DNA of 63,199 nt, the filler included, from Sphacelaria rigidula (taxonomy: Eukaryota), in assembly GCA_964200075.2 (NCBI GenBank). It is 6 parts of 6 records of this genome, joined end to end, with 100 filler letters (N's around TTAATTAATTAA, not from the genome) between each part and the next. Parts side by side here need not be neighbours in the genome. Positions count along the whole stretch, not along the records: positions 31,653 to 42,101 come from CAXNAA020006470.1; positions 42,202 to 52,650 come from CAXNAA020006471.1; 4 more parts are not named here. One strand, written 5' to 3'. Of the stretch, positions 35,536-49,183 are shown piece after piece. Both the position numbers and the translations under genes were made by a program. Every line of letters begins with the position of its first letter. Positions within the stretch are counted from its first letter, which is position 1. Under the pieces are notes generated by a model, which was given only the letters and a program-made list of their open reading frames with translations, made no database searches and had not been told where the DNA came from.

Positions 35536-38500
35536 TTAACCGTACTACAGACATTACCGTTCCGTTCAAGATACTCTCAAAAACATTTCCGCGAACGACT
35601 GAAGATGTTGCCATGGTACTGTAGATCTTAGTACTTACTCAATGCACACTCACGAAGACAAAAAAGTCGAGATTCGTTTTGGAAAACTCAACATGAGGCG
35701 GAGGAACCAGCAATGGGCGATAAAATCTACAAAATAAAAAACGTGCTGCCAACTGTGTCTAAGCAACAGGAGCGGAGAGCACACGGGCTGTACATGTCGC
35801 AGCTACTGTTGTACGTGTTGCCGAGAGACAGTCGAAAGCCACGAGCGCTCTATCGCAGTGGCTTTTGAGGGAGCGTACAGGACAAGAGAGCAAGAAACGA
35901 CTCGCCAGATAGACTACAAAACCCTCCTGCATGCCACAAACAAATCCCGTTGCTTCCCCGTACACGGTACCGTAGCGTTCGTTCAGCATGTACGGTACCG
36001 CCGAACCCTGGGTTGGGCATCAACCGGAGTGCGGGTAAATAATCAAATATTCTGCAGTAATTGAGATTTCAGAAGCCTTTGTCTTGGAAGTTACGGTTTT
36101 CATCACCGTGATTCGGAAGAGGCGTGTCAACCTTTAGATCTCCGCACGTCCTCTCGCAATACACGCCTCTTCAGTTGGTAACATAAGGCAGCAAATGTCG
36201 CGAGACGCATCCTCATTTGCCTGGTGTGAGAATCCGAAGGCGGTTCGCATCCCCGCAAAATTATCCGCGGCAACTTTACCGGTGCACTTCTCGCATCATG
36301 CGTGCAAGTGCTGCGGGATCATGATACAACGTGTCACGCAGGATTTACGCAGCCACATGAGTCTAGCGTACATTACTGTACACCGAATGCACTCGGCACT
36401 GCAGAATTGCTGCCACCCACCGACTACAATAGAACGAAAACTAGTTTCTGTGTACGCTTCCTGGTATTGAACGTATCCCGTACAATGCAGCGCTCTGCAT
36501 ATGCGCACCGCAGGCCAAGGGTGCGGGAACACAGTAAAAAAAAACTTCATGTCCTGTCTTGGTTTCGATGGTCCGCAACAAAAACTTCCACGGGAGCAAG
36601 GCTTGCCAAGTATGTGTTGGCATGAGAGTAAATGTTTGATTTGTGTGCTCTTCCCCTGCATTGTATTTCAAGCAGGGACAGCGCCTCCCGCTTCGGCCCG
36701 TCTGCAGAAAGCCCGGTGACTTTTAGGTGAGAATGAACGCTTCGTACTCTGTGCCGTTACACCCACTGATGGACTTGGCGATGCCGGCATATCCACAAGG
36801 CATTTTCCGAACTCAGAACCTTCGGGAGATGAAAAACAATATATATATTATCTAAGATGGGGGTAAAAACATGTCACGAGTATGTCCCACCGACATGCTC
36901 GCACCTCACTTTCAGAGCCTCACGCATTTCGAACAGGATTTACCGGGCCAAAGCGGTTGTGATATGCGATGCACCGTCAAAAAATAAAGTACATGCGCAC
37001 ATACATGCTATACCCCTGAGCGACAGACGACACCCAGCAGAACGAGTGGTGTGAATACGGAGACGAAGGACACCGCGAAACTCAGGCACCCTCTGTCCAA
37101 ATTTGGACGTATGGGAGAAGAGAGCGCTCAGAGAAGAACGCAGCATCAAAGAGTAAACGAAAGTATATGGCTGCATGCCCTTGGGAAAGGGCGCGACTCC
37201 TCCGCGAAAATCGACCTCGTCACGTCGCTCGTTTATACTCAATGACAACAGTTGCTCTAATTAGTATGTTTCAGGGGAATACGACATTTAGGAAAACCAT
37301 CCCATGTTCAACAGCAGTTCTTTCCGCATGTAGAAGAGGCGAAAACACTCCAGGTCTCGTGGGAGAATGGGCCTTCGTGGGGAAACGGGCCGTTCCTACA
37401 ACACGAGCGGGGCGTTTTCCCATCTACCGCTAAGCGGCCCTCATTTTAATGTGCTCAAAGAACCGTCGGCAATCAAGTCAGAGGATAAAACGATTGAATA
37501 CAAGATATATTGTCGTATACTGTATGAAGAGTGCGACTGTAAAAGCACCTCTGGATATTTTTGGTGATGGATGTGACCTGACCCTCCCTCGCCATTGATG
37601 GACCAGCTTGAACGCGGAAAACGAACGACAAAACGGAGACCCCGAAAGGCAGAAGAAGCATGAACAATCTGCATACCGCACGAGGGTTATGCCCGCATGA
37701 AAACGTGCAAGGTAGCAACACGTAGTCGCCCGGGTCTTCAAGTGAGGTCACCGAACTCGGCAATCACCGCTCTTTTTTCAACCGCCATATATTCGTACAC
37801 TAGTAGTGGTGCTGTAGTGCGCCCACGACATATATGTCCCTCTCTCGTAGAGTCATCGATATGCATTGTTCCACACCAAGTCGACGACTCGCCAAGAACT
37901 TCACGTTTCGCATTTTCGCTTGATTGAAGGGGTAGCAGTCATCGATTTGCGGGCTGATGTGTGTGCTGCTGTGCCCTTCTGACGGTGTTCATGAACGTTT
38001 CCTTTGGAATCGTGGGAGCGGTAGAAAGGCTCTACGGCGCCCCGTTGGCATGCATGTTGTGCATTTCTTGTTAGAGGCCTGAGGTCCCGTTATTCTCGAC
38101 TTTTCAACCTTCTTGAGGTGAAGATGAGTTTGTGTGCAGTGTGTGTAAAAACGAAGTTTGCAGGTGCACAAATATACATGGGGTCATTTCCTTCATCCTT
38201 CGAAATGATCGAACGGGTTTTTATTCCGCTGGAGTACATCCGTCAAGCGTACTGCACATGAGCAGGGTGAGCAAACGAAAGCGCGCGGCGAGTGCTGAGC
38301 AGCAACAAAGCGTACCATAATTCTCCATAACAACTAGCAAGCCGGCATATCAGTCGGCGATAACGCTGTACGATGCAATACTGGGCACTCTCGACGCGGA
38401 TGTACTTGCGGGACCCGCCGAAGAAGCCCCTCAAAGAGTTGATTGAGCTCACTGAAGCAACGAGACAGAGAAGAAAGAGGTGATTGCACGAAAATTGTTT

Positions 38501-39848
38501 GGGTTGTCTATTTTCAAGTAATTTCGGCTGTATTTTCTTCTTTTCATTTTTCGCGACACAAAAATAAGTGCACACATTTTTGTCTGCCTGTTAGTGTGGG
38601 AGCCTCCATCTTTTTTTTTCCATCCCGCCCATGATGCCTGCTGTTGAAAGAAACACGCCTAAATTGACCAACGTCATGGAGCAGGCACAACCCGATCGCG
38701 TGTTTCTGTACACTACATTACAACAAACCACGGGTATGCACAACGTATTACTGACTGTACAGTAGACCTTGGTTCAACTCACACACAGGGACAGCACTTG
38801 CTGTTGTACTGCCTTACTGTACTGTAGTATACTATACTGCAGCCGGTGTGAGTCACCTCTGGATGCCCAGGCATATAAAAACTACATCGTATGAAACGCG
38901 GTCTATATGGAGACTTCGAAAGGGTGCAAAACAACCGAAATGAAACGAAACCTAACCTGGTTCGAACCCCTGTATCTGGTGCACCGGCACTTCACAAAGA
39001 GTGATCCTTGCGTCCGCCGCCTTCCCAACGTATGCCTTTCGCCAGAAATCTCTTGCCCAGCTGCTGTCTCGGCCGCTTTGCGCTGTCGGCGTCGACCTCT
39101 CCAAATTCAATGCTAGTCAATTTTTGACTTTTTGATGAGTTGGTTGTCGTTTGCCGTGCCAACAACTCTTTTTGAAAAACTGCAAACCGTCACACTATGC
39201 TGTCCCGTAGAGAGGGCTGTTCTTCAATTCAAGCGCAAAATCCCGCTTCCGTCGACCAAAAACCAGCTCCTTTTGTCCACCTCGCAATATCGAGAATACA
39301 GCTGCTATCGGTGACGACTTGAAACACACTCTATCCCGTCCGTGCCGCGTGTTTCATTCATCTAGTGCTTCATTTTGCAATCGTGCAGTGTATTGGGCGA
39401 GAGTAGAAACGCCTCTACATTTTTCTTCAAATTCATACTCCCCTCTTTTTATCATGTGGGTAGTGTTGCGATAGAGTATGACCAAAAGCCCAAGTATGAA
39501 GCCATTGTTTCGGAATAGAATGACGTCAGAAGGCTACTTGTATATGTACTTGTACTTGTATCCCTGTACACACCGCGCTTGGCCGTGACCTTTAGCGTTA
39601 GGTGGGGGGTACAGAGGGACTTCGCAGGCCAGTAGATGTGACCCCGACTTTATATCCATCTCACAGAAGAGGGTAACTGATCCGTAGATGTTGAATCATC
39701 CTACCGCTGGACGGAAAGGGTTGCGAAGGCCTCGACCAAACAACACGATCCTACCCTACGATCAAAGATCAGATGTGTATCTCCGTGCGTTGTGGTCTTC
39801 ACCGTCAAGTGTATACTCGAACGGGCTCCGCCATGTATTCTCGCACGT

Positions 39849-39874
39849 CTACTACTACTACTACTACTACTACT
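39849..39874 (+). repeat. (CTA)n microsatellite, probable retroposon 3' tail
   Basis: CTACTACTA... about 8 units. Confidence 0.75.
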
Positions 39875-40311
39875 GCCGTGCTTGGCTGTACTATGTGTTT
39901 TGTCTGTGTGATCAACGACCTTCCGCGCCCCCACGCATCCTCAGACTCAGTGTATTTCTCGTCGTGCGTGCAGACTGTACATGCATTCACTGGCATTTGT
40001 AAGGCATCGACACCGGGAGGTTATCTCAGACTAAGCAAGTTCCCAAAACGGCTACAACAGAGGACTGTCGACGGTGTTGTTCTCCACTACTCACTGAGTT
40101 GTCCGTTGTCTACGGTCTTTATTGAAAAATTAGTAGGCGTATTGGTGCAGTATGTGCTTCTTCGAGCGATTCGTACTACTCGTGCAACGCGTTCGCGCAC
40201 GGGAAGCTGTGGGCCAAGAGGAGAAGGCGATGACTACTCTTGTTCTCTTTTTTTTTCATCACGCCGTTCAGTGGGCATGACGAGTGGACATCATATATCT
40301 ATGCTGTGGTC

Positions 40312-40350
40312 CAAAGGGTATGACTCTAGCTGCTAGAGTCATACCCTTTG
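40312..40350. mobile_element. 39-bp perfect palindrome with 8-bp TSD (P/hAT-like ends-only relic)
   Basis: CTGTGGTC|CAAAGGGTATGACTCTAGC-T-GCTAGAGTCATACCCTTTG|CTGTGGTC. Confidence 0.85.
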
Positions 40351-41339
40351 CTGTGGTCCATGAACACGAATAAAAAATTATTGAACAAGGGCGACCATTA
40401 ATTTGGATCGGAATCATCATCATCATCGTCATCATCATCGTCATGAGAGCCCGCGAGGAGGGAAACGGAGCGCAAAGCCTTTGGCTGAAAGCCGAGGCCT
40501 GAGCTCTGCGGGAGTTTTCTAGTCGAAACCCTCACCAGTCGTCAGTATATTTTACATCCGCTGTCGCTCCCCAACGTCGGTTGCATTTCGTTAACGTCTT
40601 CCATGTTCCACCGGTCGACCTTTTCCCCCAGCTACTGGTAATTATCTCGAACACGATATTACCACCACCCTCTCGTCTAAATAGTACCCGCACTCCCGAC
40701 CGTCTTTTCGACTCCCCCCACCGTCTGTTGAACATATTATTCCTGCGGAGTTGATCACTTCTTCTGCAGAAACCCTGTCCTGTACTCGTAGTGTTCTGTT
40801 GATAGTACAACACAACGCCTTATAGTAAGTTACAGTCGCTATAATGATGTCGGGCAGATGAAGCAGGCTGCTTCCAGATGAAGAGCGTGTTCGTTATCTG
40901 CGTAGTTTGTCGAGGGTTTCCAATAGCATGTCGAAGATACAAAATGCCCCTATTCATTCCCGTGAAAGCAGGTCCACACAATACGAAGTACAGTGTTTGT
41001 ATGCATCATTTATTTGTTTTTTTCGTTACACAGTTAGCCCATTCCCGTGCTCAGGAAGAGTTCGCGGTCTCAAGGGATCAAACCATCTCTTCTCCGGTCC
41101 ACGCCTTGCTCTTTGGTCTCCTAGGTCACTTGGGTAGGCGGTAAACACACGATTTGTACCGATGGCCATTGCTTCTCGGGTGGTGGCGATGATGGTGGCG
41201 CAAATACAGGGCCCACCACATGTGTTACAGACAGGAGTGTTATTCGGGGTATCGTGCATGATGACAGAGTTGTCGAGGCTAGTTTACCGGCGGTGGGCTA
41301 CAAACGTTTATCAAGGACACAATTTTACAAGTATCGCTA

Positions 41340-41600
41340 CCCCTGACCCTAACACCAACCCAACGCATACCGAGAACCCTCGGGCAAGGGCGGTACATAC
41401 GTTCCCTAGGCAAAGGGCGGCCTTGGTAGACCCCAAATCGGCGCCTGTGGAGCCGATTTCAACGAAAACGCATTCTGCGCACGCGAGGAGCACACGAGAC
41501 GGTCAGCCCCACAAAAATTCCGATTCTCGTTGTTCACACTCAAATCAAGCAATATCAACCATGAACAGTTTAGCACAACGCCGGTAAACTCTACTGGAGT
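41340..41600 (+). repeat. Dispersed repeat family B, copy 1
   Basis: Diverged match to 44580-44850 (GCATACC.AGAACCCTCGGGCAA, GTCAGCCCCAC, TCAAATCAA, ACTCTACTG). Confidence 0.7.
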
Positions 41601-42101
41601 TGTCTGCCATGTTCACGAGTCCATCACATGCGCCCCTTCCGTAGGGTAGCCCGTCCGTTATTAACGGTGGGGGTATTCTGAATTTAGAAAGTTCCCATAC
41701 TGTACGCAGTACATTTTTTTACCGTGTATTCTGTTGTCCAGGGTATGGAAAGTTCCAGTTTCCATCGTTTGTTCAAATTCCACCTGGGAATATGGGCAAT
41801 CGGTACAGGGTAATTTCATGCTGAACGGTTCGGGCACACGTCCTGTATATTCAATATCCCACACACGTTGCTATGCTATTGTTAGGGCGTGTCTCAAACC
41901 CACTGTTATGGCAACGAGTCCCGATTTTTACAAATATGAGGATTTCAGCCCATCTACAGGCGATTTTCTCCCGTGGATTGATTTTTCGGACCCCAGTCCA
42001 ATGGACAATGTTTTTCGGCTAGCTATGAGCAAACCAGACCATTTCTCCGATTCTATGGACATTGAATTTTGGTCCATCATATTTCTGCCCAACTCGGGAC
42101 A

Positions 42102-42201
42102 NNNNNNNNNNNNNNNNNNNNNNNNNNNNNNNNNNNNNNNNNNNNTTAATTAATTAANNNNNNNNNNNNNNNNNNNNNNNNNNNNNNNNNNNNNNNNNNN
42201 N
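42102..42201. other. Artificial contig linker
   Basis: N44-TTAATTAATTAA-N44. Confidence 0.97.
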
Positions 42202-42735
42202 AGAAAATATGGGCCCAAACTTATGAGCAGATGGGCACCTTCCCCTCGTTAGACGATTCATACGATATGCGGATCACGGCCCAACTGGTCTGTGTTGATG
42301 AGATATTGCTTTTAGAGCTTAAATCCGTTCTTAGGCTGGCCCAGCTCGTACATTTTTTCCCGAAAAACTCGCGTTTGATATTTTTTCATCCGTTGTTTTT
42401 TTACTCCGAAAAAAAGCGAAGAAAAATGAAAGACGTCTGAATGAAAAATCCCTTGAAAAAACGACCTCAAGTAGTGACCTAACCGGCCATTTTTGGTGAT
42501 TTCGCCGACCATTTTCTCCTCGAGAATGAGGTTCAAACCCCCTCTGAATTTTTGAAAATTCTGCCGAAAGAGCTCGAAAAATAAAGGCCATGTCGGGTAG
42601 TTTTGTCGAGCCTTTGGGAAAGTCGCCAAGGACAGGAGGTAATTTTTTATGAAGAAAAAATCCCAACTCCACATCTGGAAAGCGTTTCCAGCAACAAATT
42701 TACTCTTCCGAACACGAACGGGTTCACTTCACTTG

Positions 42736-43031
42736 TAACAATATTTTCGTGAGATTGAGAGTAGAGGATACGATTGAGAGTGAAAAGCGGTCGATCAGTG
42801 AATGAATCGTTTCAGTTCCGAAATGCCCCTCCACGAGGTCCGATATGCTTTCTGCAGTAGCTTGCCACTGAGGCCCTTGATATCCCTGAGTAGGATATCA
42901 ACGTGTAGCTGTAAGCACACGCCCAGTGATGGGGGGGAAAAAGCACACACGGAATGAAAAATTGACCAAGTTAACGCGAATTTGATCCAAGCCACTCTCA
43001 ATCAGCGCTCAATCTCACGAACACTTTGTTA
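42736..43031. mobile_element. Possible old MITE with imperfect inverted ends
   Basis: TAACAATATTTTCGTGAGATTGAG..GATTGAGAGTG vs revcomp of right end TAACAAAGTGTTCGTGAGATTGAGCGCTGATTGAGAGTG. Confidence 0.5.
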
Positions 43032-43339
43032 TTATCCTATATATTTACCCTCATATTTCACGTCCAGAGATTGACAAAACTGTGGAATCGTTTTTGTCAC
43101 GCCTGACGGAGGCTCGCTTCTGTAAGCTCTTCACAGGTGTTTCGAGGCTGTGATGGCTGTCGGTAGTCGTTGCCGTGAGGGGGTCAAACACCAGGGGATA
43201 TTATCAAGAAATAATGAAAAATTGGCAAGGGTCAGGCATGAGAACTGCATGTGTCGGAGAAACAGATTCTTGTTTTCCGCCATCAACACTCCAGTATACC
43301 CCTGAGGAGTACAACGCACGTACACATGATATTTGGGGG

Positions 43340-43955
43340 GCTGAACGGGGGTATATCTAAAAATGATTTCAGGGCATGTGGCTCCAAGATTGAAAATTCG
43401 AGTTTTTTAGGGGGGGAGAGGGGGGACATACCTAGCCTGCTGTCCCCTAGTTAATAGCCAAGGCGTTGGCGGATACGGTCAGCCGCCGTGTACAGAGATT
43501 CTTGGCATGGAGATCGATGAGATGGTGGACACGCCGACGCTCCGGGCTCATCATTACCATGATTACACTTATTTATGGGATGGTCATGTTCCGTGTCGTG
43601 TGCCTCGACTACCTGTCAGTACCACCGTAGCCCTGGCAAGTTTGGCGAGGCGCGAGATGATGTTGCTACTTTGGCTACAGGCTATCGCTACCGTGCGCTC
43701 GTGTGGGTACTATATGTGTGTGGGCGTGAACGGCATCCGAGGTCGTCGGGACAGAGCGGGCAAGGAGCAGAAGCAAATATACGAACCTCGCGAAGTCCAG
43801 CAGACTTTTCGATTTTCGTCAGTGTATCTCGATGAATTCAAAAAAAATATTTCACAAAAAAGATGAAGAATCATGACATTTTTCGAAGAATTTGCCCTCG
43901 GGAGGAGGGGGGGCTCTGTGTCCGAAAATGTTCTCCCCACAGACCCCTGGGCTGA
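43340..43955 (+). repeat. Dispersed repeat family A, long copy
   Basis: Collinear with revcomp of 58440-59030 over ~600 bp and with 1-290. Confidence 0.85.
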
Positions 43956-44579
43956 ACAAGAGATCTCCAGTCTGGCCAAGAGTCAACGTGGCCATAGATC
44001 GCGGTGAAGCGCGCGGGAATCCTCTCGAAGAAAACAGCAAGACTATCTGGGGAGGCACGATCCGCCAGGCCCCCATTCAGGACCATGTTGTGCGCCGAAG
44101 CACCAAAATAGGCGATCTTTGAATGTGGTCAAAACCATGTTAAGCGCAACCTCGACCCAAAATCCGTCCCGTTTATTTCCATTGCCGACCGTCGAAAGTT
44201 TCGACGGAAGGCTGTCACAACTTGGCTGTATGTTATCCGATTGGAGGAAATCGACACAGAATCGAGTAGTTATCCCCATGCGCGAGGGTGACATACTGAA
44301 TAATCAAGTAATGGGCCGGAGTGCATCGACTAAATACAGTATTCCATCGTCGCTCGCTCGGGTCATGACTACAAGAAAAAAAAAAAACGTTGTCGACCAG
44401 GATTTTTTTTCTGACGATCCGAATTTCAAGGGCACTGTCGTGCGTACTAGTCCACCCGCTGAGGTCACCCAACCTGCAACACATGACTGTCCACAGTGGC
44501 CGTGGAAGACACGAAACATAAGGTGGGCTTGTCGCAGTTCGCCTCCAAATTATCCATACGTTGTGACACACTCGTGAAA

Positions 44580-44850
44580 TAACGCTGACCCCAACTCCGA
44601 CCCAGGGCATACCAAGAACCCTCGGGCAAAACGGGGTTTGCAAGGAGTGCCCCATGCGAATCGTGCGTTGGCTGATCTCAAAACGGCGCCAAAACTTTGG
44701 CGCCGATCTTGACAAAAACACGTTTGCGCGCGCCAGGAAACACTCTGCACTGTCAGCCCCACTGAAGATCCGAATATCGGTCTTCACTTTCAAATCAAAT
44801 AATGTCAATCATGTCTAATTTGGAGGCGCAGTGGGACACACTCTACTGTA
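44580..44850 (+). repeat. Dispersed repeat family B, copy 2
   Basis: Diverged match to 41340-41600. Confidence 0.7.
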
Positions 44851-47048
44851 AAAATCAGCTCGACATCAGGAGGACGCACGCGGCACGTGTGTAGATTTTG
44901 GGCGACGGAGCCACTGGCTTTTGAGGGTCAACACATTCTGACCGATTCACACAGGTGAATCCAATAATTACTGACTCCAGCAAATAATAAAATCTCGGGG
45001 ACTACACCATATATGCGCATCAATATCTATATCTAACGTTACGCGACATACATAAGGTGAATAAAGATATTAGATGCCACACATGCACACGTTCTGTACT
45101 ACAGCTTTATTTTGGAAAGTTATGAAGAAAACATCCACGACGCGAATAAGTACACAACAGTCAGTAAAAGTACAATGGGTTCATAGCCAAAAAACGATAC
45201 CGACAATTTCCAAGTTCGTCCTCACTGCACGTACGCGGAACTCTTCCCAGGTAGGACTCAAAACGACAAAAGCACGCACGGGGAACTTCCGAAACAAAAA
45301 CGGAAATAAAAAAAACAAAAAACTGAACGAGAAGAAGATAAAAAAAAAATCATCCTTCTTGTCCACTGCAACAAGACGGACAAAAAATAACCGAGGGAAT
45401 CGACAAGTCCTATCCGCGAAAAACCGTCCAGATACGCGGAACAGGCTTGTTTCGTTGCTTTCCTTCACAGAGCTCGATTCCTTCCACACACACACATTCC
45501 TCCCTAGCAAAAAAAAATCACATCCCACACCTCGACTAAAAAACAAACAAACGCGCTGGATGCGTGCCTATCACGCGTGTTACATCTGCCATCGGGTAAA
45601 AATAACTTGGAGCGGCGCAACTCTCGGCCATCACATTATACATGTAAACCCAAACGTGCCAGCAAATAACGGAGACAGCAGCACACTTTGGACATCGAAT
45701 CCGCTCCGTTCCGCCTTCCAAGTCCCAAAAAATCGTCGTCTCCGCTGATGACGAAGCATAATCCCACTTTCTGGACACTCTGCGTCGCTCGCCTTCGGAT
45801 GAGCACCCCCATTATTGTAAAACTGAAAATATGGGAATTATCCGCGAGAGAGCCTCCTACACCCCACCGCGCAACTATATCAAAACGCTCTTTCCCCTGT
45901 CCGTTGGGTGCGACGTATCTCATTCGTCAACGCATGCCATCTCACTCATTCGAACCACGTTCTTGAAACCGATGACGGGCGTATGACGGCGCTAAGAAGA
46001 ACCCAGGACCAAGAAGCAAGGGTATATCATTGCACGCAGACGACCAACAAAAAACATCGAACATTTGGGCACTCAAAGGCAGCGGACAAAAAAAAACGTG
46101 GGCAGTATTGTCACCCCGTGTCCACATATAAGGGCATTTCCCAAATGCACGTAGTGATACAAACAACACTGATCACGCAGGGAGCCGGACTCTGCAAAAA
46201 TGGCAGCACATAGGGAAGGGGGGAGTGGGGGTCGAGTCTTCGCCCATAAGTAACAACCGTCTGGTTTTAGACAGACAAACAAAGATACGGTATTTACTAA
46301 CCAAAAATGGCAAAACATATCAGCAGGCACGAAGGTATGCGCTCGTAGCGAAAACTCTAGAATATCAAAACAAAAAATATTGAGACCGATTGATGATCTT
46401 CGTGAGTCCACGCGCGAGAGGGCAGACTTCAACGTTCTACGGACTACGGCGAACTACTCCCCTCTTGTCTAGTGTCGGGTGCGTATTCCAACCTTAGCGC
46501 CTAAAAAGAATGGCCCGTCGGCTGCCGCCGCCGCCACGGCCACATGTGTTCCAACCCCTTCTGCCTCTGTATTTTGGGCCACGATACAAACCCCACGAAA
46601 TATAACCCTGAACAATAGTCCGTGAACCCTCATACCTCATGAGGCGAGCCGGACCGGACCGGGCCGGACCATCCACGCTTCCCAGTTATCCCTCCACCTG
46701 ATTCCCCCAACACACTGCGTGCCGTAGGTGCTTCATTGACATCAGCTCAGTAATCTCGGCAACCAGATACAGTTACAGACTGCTGCGGTCTGTACCAAGG
46801 CTAATTCATCTCTGCAAACCCCACACCCCCCGGTTCGCTTCAGTATTTTTCCGGTTCCGTCAGATCAACTCCGTCCGCCTGAGCAGTTTCCCTCTTAAAT
46901 GCCACGTACGGGTACCCTCTTTTCCTCAATATTCTTCTGTCGGCTTTCACAGCCAAAGTATCGGATACAACAGCAACGAGCTCCACAATGTCGCCCTGCC
47001 AGACCACCTGCTTCATCCCGCCTACCGCAACGGTTCCACCTCCTGATA

Positions 47049-48029
47049 TCATTCATCGCCCACTGGGATCCCGTTCGATTCGTCGTCAGCCAACACGCCT
47101 CTGCGTACCTCGTTCGCGGTATCGTCGCCTGTATCATTTTGCGGGCCAGGACGCACTACCGCAGCAGCAGCAGCAGCAGAGTCACCCTCAATGCTCACTT
47201 TAGCAGCCTCCTCGATCGTTCCGTTCTTGAGCGATTCCGGTTGCTTGATTTCCTCCGTCGGTGGATCCGGACTCGCGACTGAACTCGTGATTTCTGTGGC
47301 GCCGCCAAACGCTCCCGTAATTTCTCGTCCGTCCATCGTGAGACCTTGTGGAGATTCGCCGCGGACGCCAGAAACATCGGCACCAGCAGCATGACCCTGC
47401 CTCATCATAGCCCCTTCCCGCTTCTCCTCTTCACTCTCGGCTCTCTTGCTCTCATCATCATCCTCCTCGCTTTCCTCCTTGCCTTCCGGCGTCACAACCA
47501 TCACCTCCACCGTCTCCTTTTTTTCTTCGTCCAGTCCGCCAGCGACCGAAGAACCCTCCTCTCCCGTCACGCTCAGGCCACCCCCCACAGCACGAAATAT
47601 CACGCCGCTGCCGGCCGCACTGATGATACTACCATTCCCCAGGGTAGCTGCGGTCGACGACGCACCAGCGTCAATATCAGACGCGGCGCCGGAGCCCGCC
47701 TCGGAAGACCCGCCGAGCACGAATTCGCGCGGCACAACGGTAAAACTCGGAGCGGATACCGGCTGCACGACAATAGCCCCTTGGGGTTCTTCTGGGCCAA
47801 TGACAACGCTTCGAGATCGCCCCAAAACCCCCGGCGCCGCCGTCGCCACTCCCCCGTCTCCAGCCCCGGGCCCCACCGTGGCTCCCGCTGCCCCGGCCGC
47901 TCCCGCAATTGCACCGCCTGCCGCTGCGTCCGCGCCTGGCCGTGGAGCCACCATGGAACCCACGTAATCCAAGTCGTTCTGTTGGCGGTACGACGCTGGC
48001 AGGCTTGGTCCTCCCATCATCTGCCGGAC
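47049..48029 (-). CDS. RING-H2 E3 ubiquitin ligase, last exon (disordered Gly/Ala/Glu-rich tail)
   Basis: Acceptor GCGCAG|GTC at 48030/48029, phase 0, consistent with the preceding donor; open to TGA at 47049. Confidence 0.72.
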   Translation of the reverse strand, partial: VRQMMGGPSLPASYRQQNDLDYVGSMVAPRPGADAAAGGAIAGAAGAAGATVGPGAGDGGVATAAPGVLGRSRSVVIGPEEPQGAIVVQPVSAPSFTVVPREFVLGGSSEAGSGAASDIDAGASSTAATLGNGSIISAAGSGVIFRAVGGGLSVTGEEGSSVAGGLDEEKKETVEVMVVTPEGKEESEEDDDESKRAESEEEKREGAMMRQGHAAGADVSGVRGESPQGLTMDGREITGAFGGATEITSSVASPDPPTEEIKQPESLKNGTIEEAAKVSIEGDSAAAAAAVVRPGPQNDTGDDTANEVRRGVLADDESNGIPVGDE

Positions 48030-49183
48030 CTGCGCGCACGCGTAAGTTCGTATGTGGGTGTGTCGATGAGTGCGGGGGGAGAGGGGTGCGGGGGCGTGAT
48101 CATTTGTTGTTCACCTTAGTCATTTGGTGGGTGGGTAAGGGAAGGGGGGCGTAGGGAAGTTGGCGTGTGAGAAAGTAAAAACGAACGTGTTTGAAATACA
48201 AAGCATGAATGAAACATCATCGTGAAAAGGAGACATGACGGGCCGAAGCAGCAAGAAGTTTGTCGCACCATGTAGCTGGGTAGCATAGGGTGTTGCGCGC
48301 GCAGTTGCAAGATTGGCTGCGCTATTGCTGCTGCAAAAGCGAATTGTAAGAAAGCAGTGACAGTGGAGAACGACTGTCATGGGTACACAAAATTCGACTT
48401 GACGGTCGACGAGGGAAAGGGACTGCTAAACCCCTCTCGCGATAAAAAACAAAGACAAGCACCGCAGAAGGAAGGCCGGGTACTAGAAACAAATAAAAAA
48501 CAGAAAGCTTCTGTGTTGACCTTCCTCCCGTGTGACCCCGGCTGGTGTGCCCACATATACCGAAAGGTGTAGACCGGCGTCCAGAATAGATGGGACGACA
48601 ACACACACAGTCACTACTTTGCGCGTGGGCATGCATGCACAGGGCAACAGCAATCACTCAGTATATTCAACTACACTCGCCACCTCGGCACTCAACGCAG
48701 CGCCAGCCAAAAACGGTCACCGGCGTGAGTGAGCTTCACGCTGAGAGCTACTCTTGCAGAAAGACAACTAACCCCGGCGCAAACTCCGATTCCACACACT
48801 AAAGCAACATGGGCAAGATGGTGGGAGACACAAACGAAAACACACAAAGAAAGTCAAAACTGGCGCGCACTATAATTCAACCCATAAATCACTACGTTTG
48901 TACCGTTGGAGTGAAGCATGGCACCCCAACTATCCACAGTTTTGGTGAAGTTTCCCAGGGGCAAGCTATTGGTCAAGCCACATCGAAGTTTTGACAACAT
49001 ATCACGAATACTTCATCTTACCGTTATGAGACGTAATTGTGCCATAATATGAAAATTTCCCGTCTCTCTATCGCCATGTATTGCAGCATTCGTGAAAACC
49101 GGGCATTCAGAGCACCCCCTCTGCCGCCCAGATCAGCCCCTCCCCCCCCCCCGCTATATTTCAAGGTCTCATGCGTGTCATAC

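Noticed and set aside
36000-39400. Additional coding exons upstream of DYRK
   Set aside because: Some splice-like sites exist (e.g. ~38316-38452 and ~38957, minus strand) but there is no recognisable protein; cannot be supported without transcripts.
41338-41365. Telomere-like CCCTGACCCTAAC
   Set aside because: Only two degenerate units, part of dispersed repeat family B.
45074-45748. 224-aa Lys-rich ORF
   Set aside because: Arises from A-rich low-complexity sequence (antisense of a T-rich UTR/intron); no motif.
47346-48119. Plus-strand ORFs of 257 and 173 aa
   Set aside because: Antisense shadows of the RING gene's last exon.
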